DNA of 64,000 nt from Rhodanobacteraceae bacterium (GTDB taxonomy: Bacteria > Pseudomonadota > Gammaproteobacteria > Xanthomonadales > SZUA-5): contig JAYUUS010000146.1 in the NCBI GenBank assembly GCA_043754435.1, forward strand, positions 14,400 through 78,399, read 5' to 3'. The notes beneath the pieces were generated by a model. That model searched no databases. It was not told the origin of the DNA and was given only the letters and a program-made list of their open reading frames with translations. Made by a program: the position numbers and the translations under genes. Below, one piece after another: positions 30,579 through 39,549 of this stretch. Each line of letters opens with the position of its first letter. Position 1 is the stretch's first letter.

Positions 30579-30656
30579 TCGTCATTGCGAGCGCAGCGAA
30601 GCAATCTTAGGAATGCAGATTACGTGGAGATTGCTTCGCTGCGCTCGCAATGACGA
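30579..30656. repeat. Perfect 29-bp inverted repeat (TCGTCATTGCGAGCGCAGCGAAGCAATCT / reverse complement) with a 20-nt loop
   Basis: Read directly. It lies in the 172-nt gap between the dsbD stop and the tlpA-like start. Its arms resemble the widespread 'CATTGCGAGC...GAAGCAATC' palindromic intergenic element family. Confidence 0.9.
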
Positions 30657-30668
30657 GAAACCGGATGC

Positions 30669-33068
30669 CTAAGGCCCGCTATTGAGCGGGGCGCGCTTGG
30701 GATACATCACATACAGCGGCACGCCGACCGCGCCAAAACTTTTCAGATACTCGGTAATCGCCGGATCGCCATTGGTGTAGTCACCGACCATATACACCAT
30801 GCCCGCCTGCTGCATCGCCTGCCCTACTGCATAAGTGTTGATGGCATTTTTTTCGTTGACTTTGCAGGTTATGCACCAAGCGGCGGTCATATCGACAAAT
30901 ACGGGTGTGCCAGCGGCGCGTAATTGTGCAAGCGCGCTTGGGCTATACGCCACTTGACCTTCGGCAAGCTCGGTATGGGCGTCATTTTTAAGCCTTGTGG
31001 CGCTAAACAAAATTGCCAGCGCACCAGCGACCAGCGCGAGCGAGAAAGACTTGCCTAAAATAGTGCTATCGGCGGTCGAATAGCGCTGTTTGTCCCACCA
31101 CCATAGGCCCGCACTCATTACCACGGCACCGGCGAGCGCGTAGCTCATTCCGGCAATGCCGGTTTGATTGCCCAACACGCTCAATAGCCACACGGCGGTG
31201 ATGTAGAGCGGAAAAGCCAGCCACGATTTTAAGGTATCCATCCAAGCACCCGGCTTGGGTAGGCGTTGTGCTAACGCCGGGATAAAGCCGATCAGCAAAA
31301 ACGGCAGCGCCAAGCCTAGACCCAAAGCCAACAGCACCAACATCGCGACAAAATTAGACTGCGTAAAACCATAGCCCAACGCGGTGAACATGCCAGGGCC
31401 AGTGCAGGGCGTGGCGACGATGCAGGCCAGCACGCCATTGAAAAATGCGCTACGCGCCGGGTTTTGCGCGGTGGAATACCCTAAATTTGCGCCGACATTG
31501 CCAAAGCTGTGGCCGAAACTCACCACGCCCGACAGGTTTAAGCCCATGGCAATCAGTAAAAACGCCAATAAACCAACGATCAGCGGGTTTTGCAGTTGAA
31601 AGCCCCAGCCCAGCGCGGCACCGGCGGATTTAAAGCTGAGCAAAATCAAGCCCAGGACAAAAAAGGACGCTAATACGCCTATGGTGTACCAAATCGCTTG
31701 GGTTTTCGCGGTTTTTGCAGACGCGCCGCTTTCAACCAACCCTAGCACCTTGAGCGACAGCACCGGCAGCACGCAGGGCATCAAATTCAACAGTGCGCCG
31801 CCGCCTATGGCCAGCAGCAGCGCCAGTAATAGTCCGACGTTGGCATCTGGCTCAGACGCTTTTTGTGCCGTATTTGCCGTACCCGTGGCGCGTGCAATCG
31901 CCTCGATCACAATGCTGGATGTTAATAATTGCGGCAATACTTCAGCGTCCGCTTCGCGAATCGGGGCTGTAGCAATAGCGCCTGTGTTCAATGGCGCAAC
32001 CGCGCTTTGCGGCATTGTCGGCAATGGCGTGATGGTCGGTGCGGGCATATCGGCAGCATTGGTAGTCGCCGACGGCAGCGCGAGCGCGATGGTGCGATGC
32101 ATCACCGGATAGCAAATGCTGTCTTTTTTACAGCCTTGAAATTCCAAATCAAGCGTGGCATTGGCAGGTACCGCCGAAGTACGGGTTAGCTTGAGCGCAA
32201 TATCGACGCCGCCGAAATAGACGGCAACGTCGCCGAAATGCTCATCTTTAATAAGCTGTGAGGCCGGGAACATCGGCGTAGCGGACGCGCCATCGCTGCG
32301 CAGCACAAACTTGAACTGGTCACGATATAAATAATAGTCAGCTGGAGCCGTGATACGCACTAAGATCGTTTGCCCATCGGTTGCTAATGCCTCGGCGCGA
32401 AACGCTTGCGCTTCGGGTAATGCGTCCGACTGGGCGATGAGGCCAGGCTCAGCGCTTGCGCTCGGCGTTAGCCCGAGTGGATCGGCGGGCAAGCCCGGAG
32501 CAGCATCCATTTGCGGCGTAGCACTTGCCGGGTCAGTAATGCCCGACACCATACCTGGCGTTGCTTCGTTCGCACTTGCGCTTTCACTTTGCGCAGAAGC
32601 AGCAGCCGCTGCGCCGCCTAAATCCATCGCAAAGGTGCGAATTTGCGGCGGGTAACACACGCCTACGTCCGCGCATCCTTGATATTTCAACTTAAATGCA
32701 ACCAAAACCGGGCGCGCCGCAGGGAAAGTCAGTTTTGAAGTGCCAGCGAAGTCTTTGTGAAACACATGCATCTTGCCGAAGAAATCGTCGGTTTTTTCCT
32801 CCCCCGTCGGCATCTCCAGCGGCCCCATTACCACTTCTGCAGGCCGCGCTGCCTCTATGGAAATGCGCTCTTTATATAAATAATATCCAGGCGCAATTTT
32901 AAAATTGAGCGTAGCAATATCATCTGCCACGGTAACCGTTGGAATGTAGGCTTCTTCAACCGGCAATAGATCGCCGTCTTCAATCGCGTAGGCCTGACTG
33001 AACACCAAAAGTAATGGCAAGAGCAATAGTTTTGACAGCATCAGCGTGCGCTGAAGGGAATAAAGCAT
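30669..33068 (-). CDS. dsbD: Thiol:disulfide interchange protein DsbD with a duplicated N-terminal alpha domain
   Basis: Two alpha-like modules each carry a C-x5-C pair (QGCADVGVCYPP and QGCKKDSICYPV). The TM core has LMPCVLPV and ATPCTGP. The C-terminal thioredoxin-like motif is AAWCITCKVNE. The start is ambiguous (ATG at 33107, 33068 or 33041). Confidence 0.85.
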   Translation of the reverse strand: MLYSLQRTLMLSKLLLLPLLLVFSQAYAIEDGDLLPVEEAYIPTVTVADDIATLNFKIAPGYYLYKERISIEAARPAEVVMGPLEMPTGEEKTDDFFGKMHVFHKDFAGTSKLTFPAARPVLVAFKLKYQGCADVGVCYPPQIRTFAMDLGGAAAAASAQSESASANEATPGMVSGITDPASATPQMDAAPGLPADPLGLTPSASAEPGLIAQSDALPEAQAFRAEALATDGQTILVRITAPADYYLYRDQFKFVLRSDGASATPMFPASQLIKDEHFGDVAVYFGGVDIALKLTRTSAVPANATLDLEFQGCKKDSICYPVMHRTIALALPSATTNAADMPAPTITPLPTMPQSAVAPLNTGAIATAPIREADAEVLPQLLTSSIVIEAIARATGTANTAQKASEPDANVGLLLALLLAIGGGALLNLMPCVLPVLSLKVLGLVESGASAKTAKTQAIWYTIGVLASFFVLGLILLSFKSAGAALGWGFQLQNPLIVGLLAFLLIAMGLNLSGVVSFGHSFGNVGANLGYSTAQNPARSAFFNGVLACIVATPCTGPGMFTALGYGFTQSNFVAMLVLLALGLGLALPFLLIGFIPALAQRLPKPGAWMDTLKSWLAFPLYITAVWLLSVLGNQTGIAGMSYALAGAVVMSAGLWWWDKQRYSTADSTILGKSFSLALVAGALAILFSATRLKNDAHTELAEGQVAYSPSALAQLRAAGTPVFVDMTAAWCITCKVNEKNAINTYAVGQAMQQAGMVYMVGDYTNGDPAITEYLKSFGAVGVPLYVMYPKRAPLNSGP

Positions 33069-33399
33069 GGAAATGCACCCGAAGTAGCGGTTTTCGCTCA
33101 AAATCAATCAGGAGACGGAATTGTCACCCACAATTTTAAGTCAAATGGAGAATACAGTCCGGTGACCCTACTTCGCGTGATTAAGTTTCAATCGTGCGCC
33201 AGTAATGAAGCGACAGAGCATGACGTGGAATTTAAGGTGATGGGGTGCTAAACACTGCGATCTGCCTCGAACGGCTCCCTCTCCACGCCTTTTCAAAAAG
33301 CCAATTCGCCGTAAAAGTTGGTATGCACCACAAATACGAATCGGGGTGAGGGGCAATATCGCGCTAGCGACACGGCAGTTAAGTATCGAAGCATGCTGC

Positions 33400-33972
33400 C
33401 TATCTGTTTCGCAAATGTACTGAGCCAAAGGCCATAAGCGCTAAAACCATCAGGCTTGCAGTCCAAGGTGATAGAGGGACTGACACCGGCTCCGATGCGA
33501 TTGAAAGTATTGTTGTTGCTGTGTTGTTTGCCGGATTTGGGTCGCTAGATTGATTGTTAAAATGCGAAGCCACCCAAGTGGAAACGTTTGGAGCGTCGCG
33601 CTTTCGCACTGCGCGCAGTCTTGCAAAGCAAAACCGAGATTCCCCAGCCGGGATGTCGCCGACTAGATATTCAGTTATGCCGAATGGCAATCCTGAGCCA
33701 ACAAGTGAGCAGTTTTGTGCGAAGGAAACAAGTGTTTGAAATTCGTCACGCGTCGGGCCCGAATACGGCGGGCCTACAGGACCAATCTGCGCCCGCGCAG
33801 AAAGAGTCGGTGACAAGTTAGTCACTCTTAACCTGACCTCGCCTTCTTGCCCAACCACCCAAGGCATGGGCGGATCCGCCTCAAACGTTAATTGCAAGTC
33901 AATTTGCGGTTGTGTCTGGCTGAAAGCCTGAAATGAAAGTAACAAACTGCCTAGTAGTAGCCGGGTTTTCAT
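33400..33972 (-). CDS. Secreted DUF11-like protein with an IPTL-CTERM-type C-terminal sorting signal
   Basis: It has the signal peptide [18 protein letters not shown] and a DUF11-like end, [11 protein letters not shown]. The C-terminus is VPLSPW plus the TM helix [15 protein letters not shown] plus the basic tail HLRNR. Confidence 0.55.
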   Translation of the reverse strand: MKTRLLLGSLLLSFQAFSQTQPQIDLQLTFEADPPMPWVVGQEGEVRLRVTNLSPTLSARAQIGPVGPPYSGPTRDEFQTLVSFAQNCSLVGSGLPFGITEYLVGDIPAGESRFCFARLRAVRKRDAPNVSTWVASHFNNQSSDPNPANNTATTILSIASEPVSVPLSPWTASLMVLALMAFGSVHLRNR

Positions 33973-34031
33973 AGTGTACCTTGGTGATGCACAAAAGTGC
34001 TTCGGCTTCGTTAGTCAAGGCGCGGCTCTGC

Positions 34032-34054
34032 CCTTCAACAGGCTCAGGGCGAAC
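34032..34054. repeat. Solo copy of the 23-24 nt motif CTTC(A/G)ACAGGCTCAG..CGAACG
   Basis: Its reverse complement differs by 1 nt from the left arm at 57588-57611. It lies in the intergenic region upstream of cysS. Confidence 0.6.
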
Positions 34055-34186
34055 GTTTCTTTTGAATTGTGTTCAAAAAAAACTGATACGTCAAACATCA
34101 CTTTGGATCGCACCCGATTGGGGGCGCCCAAGCACTTGCTGCCAGATTCTCGGCTAAACTGGAGCACCAAGACCCGCAACCTCGCA

Positions 34187-35563
34187 ATGTCCAGCCTACA
34201 ACTTTATAACACCCGCACCCGCAAGACCGAGCTGTTTGTACCGATTGACCCAGCGCATGTGACGATGTATTGCTGCGGGCCCACTGTCTACAGCTTTGCC
34301 CACATTGGCAATGCCCGGCCACCGGTGCTGTTTGGTTTGCTGGCGCGCGTGCTCAAACAGCTTTACCCGAAGGTGACTTACGCGCGCAACATTACGGATG
34401 TGGACGATAAGATCAATCAAGCGGCGATCGAACTGGGTGTGCCAATTTCAGTGATTACCGAGCGCTACACCGAGGCTTATTTGACCGACGTGGGTGCGGT
34501 GGGTGCTGATTTGCCGGATGTGCAGCCGAAAGCCACCGCGCACATCGCTGAAATTATTGAAATGTGCGAGAGCTTGATTGCCAGCGGCCACGCTTATAAG
34601 GGTGCTGGGCATGTGTTGTTTGACGTGCTGAGCTTTCCCGACTACGGCAAATTGAGTCGGCGCAGCCTAAAAGAAATGATTGCCGGTGCGCGCGTGGAAG
34701 TGGCACCGTACAAGAAAAATGCTGCCGATTTCGTGCTGTGGAAGCCGTCAACGCCGGAGCTTCCGGGCTGGGAAAGCCCCTGGGGACGCGGCCGTCCGGG
34801 CTGGCACATTGAATGCTCGGCGATGGCCAAAGCGCATTTGGGCGAAACCATCGACATTCACGCTGGTGGCAATGATTTGCTGTTTCCGCATCATGAAAAC
34901 GAGGTTGCACAAAGCACCTGCGCGCACGGCGGCAAGATTTTCGCGAATTACTGGCTGCATAACGGCATGTTGACTGTCGATGGCGCGAAGATGAGCAAAT
35001 CGCTCGGCAACATCCATTTGATTAGTGATTTGCGCGAGAAATATCGGCCCGAAGCCCTGCGCTATTGGATGCTGAGCGGCCACTACCGGCAGCCGCTGGA
35101 TTTCTCCGATGCCACCATGCAGCAGGCGAAAACGACGCTGGATCGCGTTTATGCGGCTTTGGATGCTTGCAGTGATGTGACGGCAGCGAGTGACATCGGC
35201 GCGGATGCAGTGATGGCGGCGCTCTGCGATGATCTCAACACGCCGATGGCGTTAGCGGAACTGAATGCGCTAGCGAAAGAGGCGCAAAAAGCTGAAGGCG
35301 TAGCGGCAAAGGCGCTCGCTAAGGCGCGCCTGTTGGCGGCGGGGGAACTGCTGGGGCTACTGCAGAGCGATCCGCAAGTTTGGTTTCAAGGCGCGCAGCA
35401 GTCCGATAGCGACGCGGCCCGCTTTGATGCCTTGATCGCCGAGCGGGAAGCGGCGCGGGCCGCGAAAAATTACACACGCAGCGATGAAATTCGCAAGGAA
35501 TTTGCCGCTGCCGGGGTGGTGATTGAAGACACCGCCGCAGGCGCGCGCTGGCGGCGGATTTAG
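34187..35563 (+). CDS. cysS: Cysteine--tRNA ligase
   Basis: Carries [19 protein letters not shown] (HIGH region), the KMSKS motif, and WHIECSAM for zinc binding. I place the start at the ATG at 34187 (MSSLQLYN). Confidence 0.95.
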   Translation: MSSLQLYNTRTRKTELFVPIDPAHVTMYCCGPTVYSFAHIGNARPPVLFGLLARVLKQLYPKVTYARNITDVDDKINQAAIELGVPISVITERYTEAYLTDVGAVGADLPDVQPKATAHIAEIIEMCESLIASGHAYKGAGHVLFDVLSFPDYGKLSRRSLKEMIAGARVEVAPYKKNAADFVLWKPSTPELPGWESPWGRGRPGWHIECSAMAKAHLGETIDIHAGGNDLLFPHHENEVAQSTCAHGGKIFANYWLHNGMLTVDGAKMSKSLGNIHLISDLREKYRPEALRYWMLSGHYRQPLDFSDATMQQAKTTLDRVYAALDACSDVTAASDIGADAVMAALCDDLNTPMALAELNALAKEAQKAEGVAAKALAKARLLAAGELLGLLQSDPQVWFQGAQQSDSDAARFDALIAEREAARAAKNYTRSDEIRKEFAAAGVVIEDTAAGARWRRI

Positions 35564-35567
35564 CGTG

Positions 35568-36542
35568 ATGAGTTCAATCATTGAGCCGGCGCAAATAATG
35601 CCGTGCTTCGCCGATGTGCAAAGTGCGCACACCTTGCTGACGGGGATCGCGCACCGCACGCCGGTCATGCGCTCCGACACGCTCGATCAACGCGTTAACG
35701 CACACGTGTTTTTAAAGTGCGAAAACTTTCAGCGCATGGGCGCGTTCAAGTTTCGCGGTGCCTACAATGCGATGGCGCGCTTAGATGCAGCGCAAAAGCT
35801 GCGCGGCGTGCTGACGCATTCTTCCGGCAATCACGCCCAGGCCATAGCGCTGTCCGGCCAGCTTTTGGATATTCAAACCACCATAGTGATGCCGCAAGAT
35901 GCGCCCGCCGTAAAGCTGGCGGCAACGCGCGGTTACGGCGGCAATATTGTGCTGTACGACCGCAGCCAAACCACGCGCGAGCAGATTTCCGCTGACCTAC
36001 TTGCAGCCCACGGCTATAGCTTTATTCCGCCTTTCGATCACGAGCACGTGATCGCCGGGCAAGGCACCGCAGGCTTAGAATTGCTTGAGGAAACCGCCAA
36101 TTTAGATGTATTGGTGGTTTGTTTGGGCGGCGGCGGCCTGCTTTCCGGCTGCGCCCTTGCCGCGCGTGCGTTAGCGCCGAACTGCAAAGTGATCGGCGTA
36201 GAACCCCAGGCCGGTAACGACGGCATGCAAAGCCTGCACACCGGCAAATTGATCCAGTTCAATAACCCCGACACGATTGCCGACGGCGCCCGCACCGCCC
36301 TGTGCGAGCGCACCTTCAAGCTGATTCAACAGCACGTCGATGACATTGTTTGCGTGACCGATCAAGAATTAATCGAGACGATGTTTTTTCTGTGGGAACG
36401 CCTGAAAATCGTTGTGGAACCCACCGGCGCGCTTGCCGTTGCCGCGATTTTGCACAATAAGATTGACGTGAAAGGCAAACGCGTGGGCGCGATTATTAGC
36501 GGTGGCAATGTGGATTTGAAGAATCTGCAAAATTTGTTTTAA
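35568..36542 (+). CDS. PLP-dependent threonine/serine dehydratase family protein (serine racemase / threo-3-hydroxyaspartate ammonia-lyase-like)
   Basis: 324 aa. Carries the PLP-lysine motif NFQRMGAFKFRGAYNA and the glycine-rich loop GGGGLLSG. It has no ACT regulatory domain. I place the start at the ATG at 35568. Confidence 0.8.
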   Translation: MSSIIEPAQIMPCFADVQSAHTLLTGIAHRTPVMRSDTLDQRVNAHVFLKCENFQRMGAFKFRGAYNAMARLDAAQKLRGVLTHSSGNHAQAIALSGQLLDIQTTIVMPQDAPAVKLAATRGYGGNIVLYDRSQTTREQISADLLAAHGYSFIPPFDHEHVIAGQGTAGLELLEETANLDVLVVCLGGGGLLSGCALAARALAPNCKVIGVEPQAGNDGMQSLHTGKLIQFNNPDTIADGARTALCERTFKLIQQHVDDIVCVTDQELIETMFFLWERLKIVVEPTGALAVAAILHNKIDVKGKRVGAIISGGNVDLKNLQNLF

Positions 36543-36593
36543 ACCGCAGATATCGAAACGGCGTTGACTATGGCCACAACATTGGAGCAATAA
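36543..36593 (+). pseudogene. Possible 3' relic of a RelE/HigB-type 'addiction module killer' gene
   Basis: The frame ending with a TAA directly abutting the antitoxin ATG reads ..TADIETALTMATTLEQ*. The pattern D-I-x-T-A-x3-A-x2-L resembles the C-terminus of toxins that pair with this antitoxin family. The frame is closed by a stop about 25 codons upstream, inside the dehydratase gene. Confidence 0.3.
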
Positions 36594-36887
36594 ATGAACA
36601 AAATCCCAGACGGCTATACTCGATACGACACAGCTGACACCTTAAAAACCGAAGAAGACATTGCGGATTATTTAGAAGCATGCAATGAATTTAATGATCC
36701 CGCTTTGATGATTAAGGCGATCATTGCAGTTGCCCGTGCGCGCAACATGACAGCACTTGCGCGCGATGCGGGCTTGACACGTCCGGGCTTGTACAAAGCC
36801 CTTTCGCCTGATGGTAATCCTAGCTTTGAAAATGTGCAGGCGGTTGCTAAGGCGCTAGGTTTGAAACTAACGCTGTCAGTGGCCTAA
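36594..36887 (+). CDS. Addiction-module antidote protein (HigA-family HTH antitoxin), orphan
   Basis: 97 aa. The segment DTADTLKTEEDIADYLEACNE...ARARNMTALARDAGLTRPGLYKALSPDGNPSFENVQAVAKALGLKL is typical of the 'putative addiction module antidote' family. Confidence 0.8.
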   Translation: MNKIPDGYTRYDTADTLKTEEDIADYLEACNEFNDPALMIKAIIAVARARNMTALARDAGLTRPGLYKALSPDGNPSFENVQAVAKALGLKLTLSVA

Positions 36888-36929
36888 TCCGCCGCCGCGC
36901 GACAGCAGTGATAAGTGCGAACTGGTCAT

Positions 36930-37184
36930 TTACCCACCTGAAAACGGCGGCAAAAACGCAATCACATCACCGTCTTGCAGCGTGTGTGTCCAGCTTACCA
37001 ACGCGTCATTGCAAACGGGTTTAAGCGCGCTTTGAGGGAAGCCAAAGCCGTGGCGCGCGTCTAAGCAGGCGTAAATTTCGCCTAGATCGGCGCTGGCGCT
37101 GTCGATGGTTTCCGCATCGCATCCGGCGCTTTCGCGTAAACGCGCAAAATAGTGCACGACGATTTTTATTGCTACTAATGTCAT
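36930..37184 (-). CDS. moaD: Molybdopterin synthase sulfur-carrier subunit MoaD
   Basis: 84 aa ending in ...FLPPFSGG (C-terminal Gly-Gly). The ATG at 37184 overlaps the moaC stop (ATGA). The longer 166-aa track ORF is a spurious upstream extension. Confidence 0.8.
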   Translation of the reverse strand: MTLVAIKIVVHYFARLRESAGCDAETIDSASADLGEIYACLDARHGFGFPQSALKPVCNDALVSWTHTLQDGDVIAFLPPFSGG

Positions 37185-37708
37185 GGTTTCCCTATATGCA
37201 TGCGTTTGCCGCCACTTTTTTGCAGCAAACGTACTTGGCTGATTTGAATGTCTAAGCTCAGCGCCTTGGTCATATCGTAAATGGTGAGGGCGGCAACACT
37301 GGCACCGGTTAGCGCCTCCATTTCCACGCCGGTTTTTGCGCTTAAAGAACATTCGCATTCGATGTCTAAATTGCCAGCCGGATCGGGCGTGATGCGGATT
37401 TCGCAGTGTTCTAGGCTGAGCGCATGGCAAAACGGTATCAGCTCGTGCGTGCGTTTGGCCGCCATCACGCCGGCAATGATTGCAGTGTGGAGGATTGCGC
37501 CCTTTTTACCGGTAAAGCCGGTGGCCAAAAGCTGCGCGCCGATGTCCGCCGGGAACTCAACCCGCGCCTGTGCAATGGCGCGGCGTGCAGTAACGACTTT
37601 GGCCGCCACATCGACCATAGTTGGGTTGCCCGCAGGGTCGATATGGCTTATCTGGCGTGTCGCCTGGTCGGCGAGACTGATGGATTGCTCTGATAATTTA
37701 GCCGCCAA
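37181..37708 (-). CDS. moaC: Cyclic pyranopterin monophosphate synthase MoaC
   Basis: Carries MVDVAAK, KGAILHTAIIAGVMAAKRTHELIPFCH and ALTIYDM. Confidence 0.9.
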   Translation of the reverse strand: MAAKLSEQSISLADQATRQISHIDPAGNPTMVDVAAKVVTARRAIAQARVEFPADIGAQLLATGFTGKKGAILHTAIIAGVMAAKRTHELIPFCHALSLEHCEIRITPDPAGNLDIECECSLSAKTGVEMEALTGASVAALTIYDMTKALSLDIQISQVRLLQKSGGKRMHIGKP

Positions 37709-38867
37709 GGTGATACATCTCCGATTTTTGCTCTGTTAGCGAGTCATGGATTGCGGGCGCGCTGTTGGCTAGGCGCTCGGCGCGCAATTCCGAATAGCGA
37801 TCCGCACGCGCCCGCCAAATAGCTTTGATGGTGTTGCTGACCAACATCGCATCGTGCGTTTTCAGCAGCGCCAATAAATCATGCCCGTGCGCACTAAATA
37901 GGCAGGTAAATAATTTGCCGTCTGCCGCCACGCGCGCGCGCGTGCAGCCTCTGCAAAATGGGCTGCTGATGGCGGAAATAAAGCCAATTTCGCCCGCGCC
38001 ATCCAAATAACGAAAGCGGGTTGCGACCTCGCCCATCGTCGCCTGCTGAATTTGCTCGATTGGATATTTTGCATGGATGCGCGCAATCAAGTCCGCGCTT
38101 GGAACCACATGCTCAGGCTGCCAACCGTTGCAGGTGCCGACGTCCATATATTCAATAAAACGCGGCACGTGCGCGCGGTGGCGAAAGTGTTTGCATAAAG
38201 GCAATACGTCGCATTCATTGACGTTTTTTTGCACCACGCAGTTCAATTTGATCGCGCTAAAGCCAGCACCTTCGGCAGCGTCGATGCCGCGCAAAACCGC
38301 TGATAGCTCGCCCCGGCCACCGCTTAGCGCTTTGAAGCGCTGTGGATCAAGGCTGTCTAAACTAATGGTCAAACGATCCAAACCGGCTGCGTGAAGTTCG
38401 GCCGCTTGGTTCGCCAACAGGCTGGCGTTGGTGGTGAGCGCGATTTCAATCGGCTGCGCCAGCTGCACGCTTAAACTGCGGGCGGCACGAATAATGCCGG
38501 GTAAGTCCTTGCGCATTAACGGCTCGCCGCCGGTGATGCGCAGTTTTTGCATGCCCAGGTGCAGCAGGGCGCTAACCAGCGTTTTTAGCTCGTCGGTGCC
38601 CATGCGCTGACTGGGTGTCAGAAATTTAAGCGGTGGCGCTACAAATTTGATCCGCGTTGGTTCGCTGCTCCCGTTTGCGGTGACCAACCGCGTTTGCTCA
38701 GCCTCCGGCATGCAATAGCCACAGCGGTAATTACAGCGATCCATCACCGAAACGCGCGCATCACGCAGGGCGCGTGCAAGCTGGTCGATGACCGGCTGCT
38801 GGCGCAAAAGTGCGCTCAAGCGTGCTGGCCCAGCGCAATGCGCGCGCCCGGCACCAGAACCCGCCAC
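37698..38867 (-). CDS. moaA: GTP 3',8-cyclase MoaA (radical SAM)
   Basis: Carries RVSVMDRCNYRCGYCMP (CxxxCxxC), GGEPLMR and the C-terminal cluster CRGCTRARV. The annotated ATG overlaps the upstream gene by 52 nt, so the true start may be an internal alternative codon. Confidence 0.9.
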   Translation of the reverse strand: MAGSGAGRAHCAGPARLSALLRQQPVIDQLARALRDARVSVMDRCNYRCGYCMPEAEQTRLVTANGSSEPTRIKFVAPPLKFLTPSQRMGTDELKTLVSALLHLGMQKLRITGGEPLMRKDLPGIIRAARSLSVQLAQPIEIALTTNASLLANQAAELHAAGLDRLTISLDSLDPQRFKALSGGRGELSAVLRGIDAAEGAGFSAIKLNCVVQKNVNECDVLPLCKHFRHRAHVPRFIEYMDVGTCNGWQPEHVVPSADLIARIHAKYPIEQIQQATMGEVATRFRYLDGAGEIGFISAISSPFCRGCTRARVAADGKLFTCLFSAHGHDLLALLKTHDAMLVSNTIKAIWRARADRYSELRAERLANSAPAIHDSLTEQKSEMYHLGG

Positions 38868-39541
38868 CCACGTTCGGCAATTTTATGGGCCTCAACTTGA
38901 TTGTGCTGATGGTACAGATACATGCGTTGGCGCAGCGCGTTTGCATACTCGCGCTCCAAATCTTCAATCCCGGTATGCGATGGGTTTGCGGTGAACGTGC
39001 AGTCGTGAAACAGGGTTTCATTGCCCGCGCCAAAATGCGCAAACACTTCCGGCACCGGTCGGGTGTCGCCGCTGTAGACAAATTGCCCGGCCAGCGCCAA
39101 GCCAAACGCACTATTCGGCGCGTGGTGGCGCACTGGAAACACTGAAAAAACTAAGCCGTCGTGGAAAAACGTGTTGCTGACCGGGATCAACTGAAACGCA
39201 TCCCAAAAGTTTTTGCCGCCTTCGGCTAAGCCGGGAAACTCGGCTAGACGCGCGTGCAGCATCGGCACTAGACTGACTGGCGCATACAGCTTGATTTGCG
39301 TCGGCTTGAAAGTGGCTTGATAGAAAAACGTCTCTAAACCGCCAATATGATCCAGATGTGCGTGCGTCAGGAAAATTGCGCCCGGTAATTCTCCATACGC
39401 GGCCCGGTAGCGGTCGGGCGTGCTGGGGCCGCAGTCGAGCAACAGCAACGGACGCGTGTGCCGCTCCAATACCGCGCTGGCGGAGCCTAACTCCATAGAG
39501 CTGGCACTGCCCGTGCCTAAAAAGTGCATCGCAAAACTCAT
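38816..39541 (-). CDS. MBL-fold metallo-hydrolase
   Basis: 241 aa with the motif THAHLDHIGG. Confidence 0.75.
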   Translation of the reverse strand: MSFAMHFLGTGSASSMELGSASAVLERHTRPLLLLDCGPSTPDRYRAAYGELPGAIFLTHAHLDHIGGLETFFYQATFKPTQIKLYAPVSLVPMLHARLAEFPGLAEGGKNFWDAFQLIPVSNTFFHDGLVFSVFPVRHHAPNSAFGLALAGQFVYSGDTRPVPEVFAHFGAGNETLFHDCTFTANPSHTGIEDLEREYANALRQRMYLYHQHNQVEAHKIAERGWRVLVPGARIALGQHA

Positions 39542-39549
39542 TATTAAAC

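Noticed and set aside
33168-33428. 86-aa minus-strand ORF and weak CCCCTCACC / GGAGAGGGA complementarity in the 290-nt gap between the IPTL-CTERM gene and dsbD
   Set aside because: The ORF has no recognisable features and overlaps the end of the neighbouring gene. The putative stem is only about 8/11 complementary across a spacer of about 60 nt. This is not enough to call a repeat element, sRNA or riboswitch.
37185-37430. Upstream extension of the moaD ORF (166-aa version)
   Set aside because: It lies entirely inside moaC in another frame. MoaD-like sequence and the ATGA coupling to the moaC stop begin at 37184.
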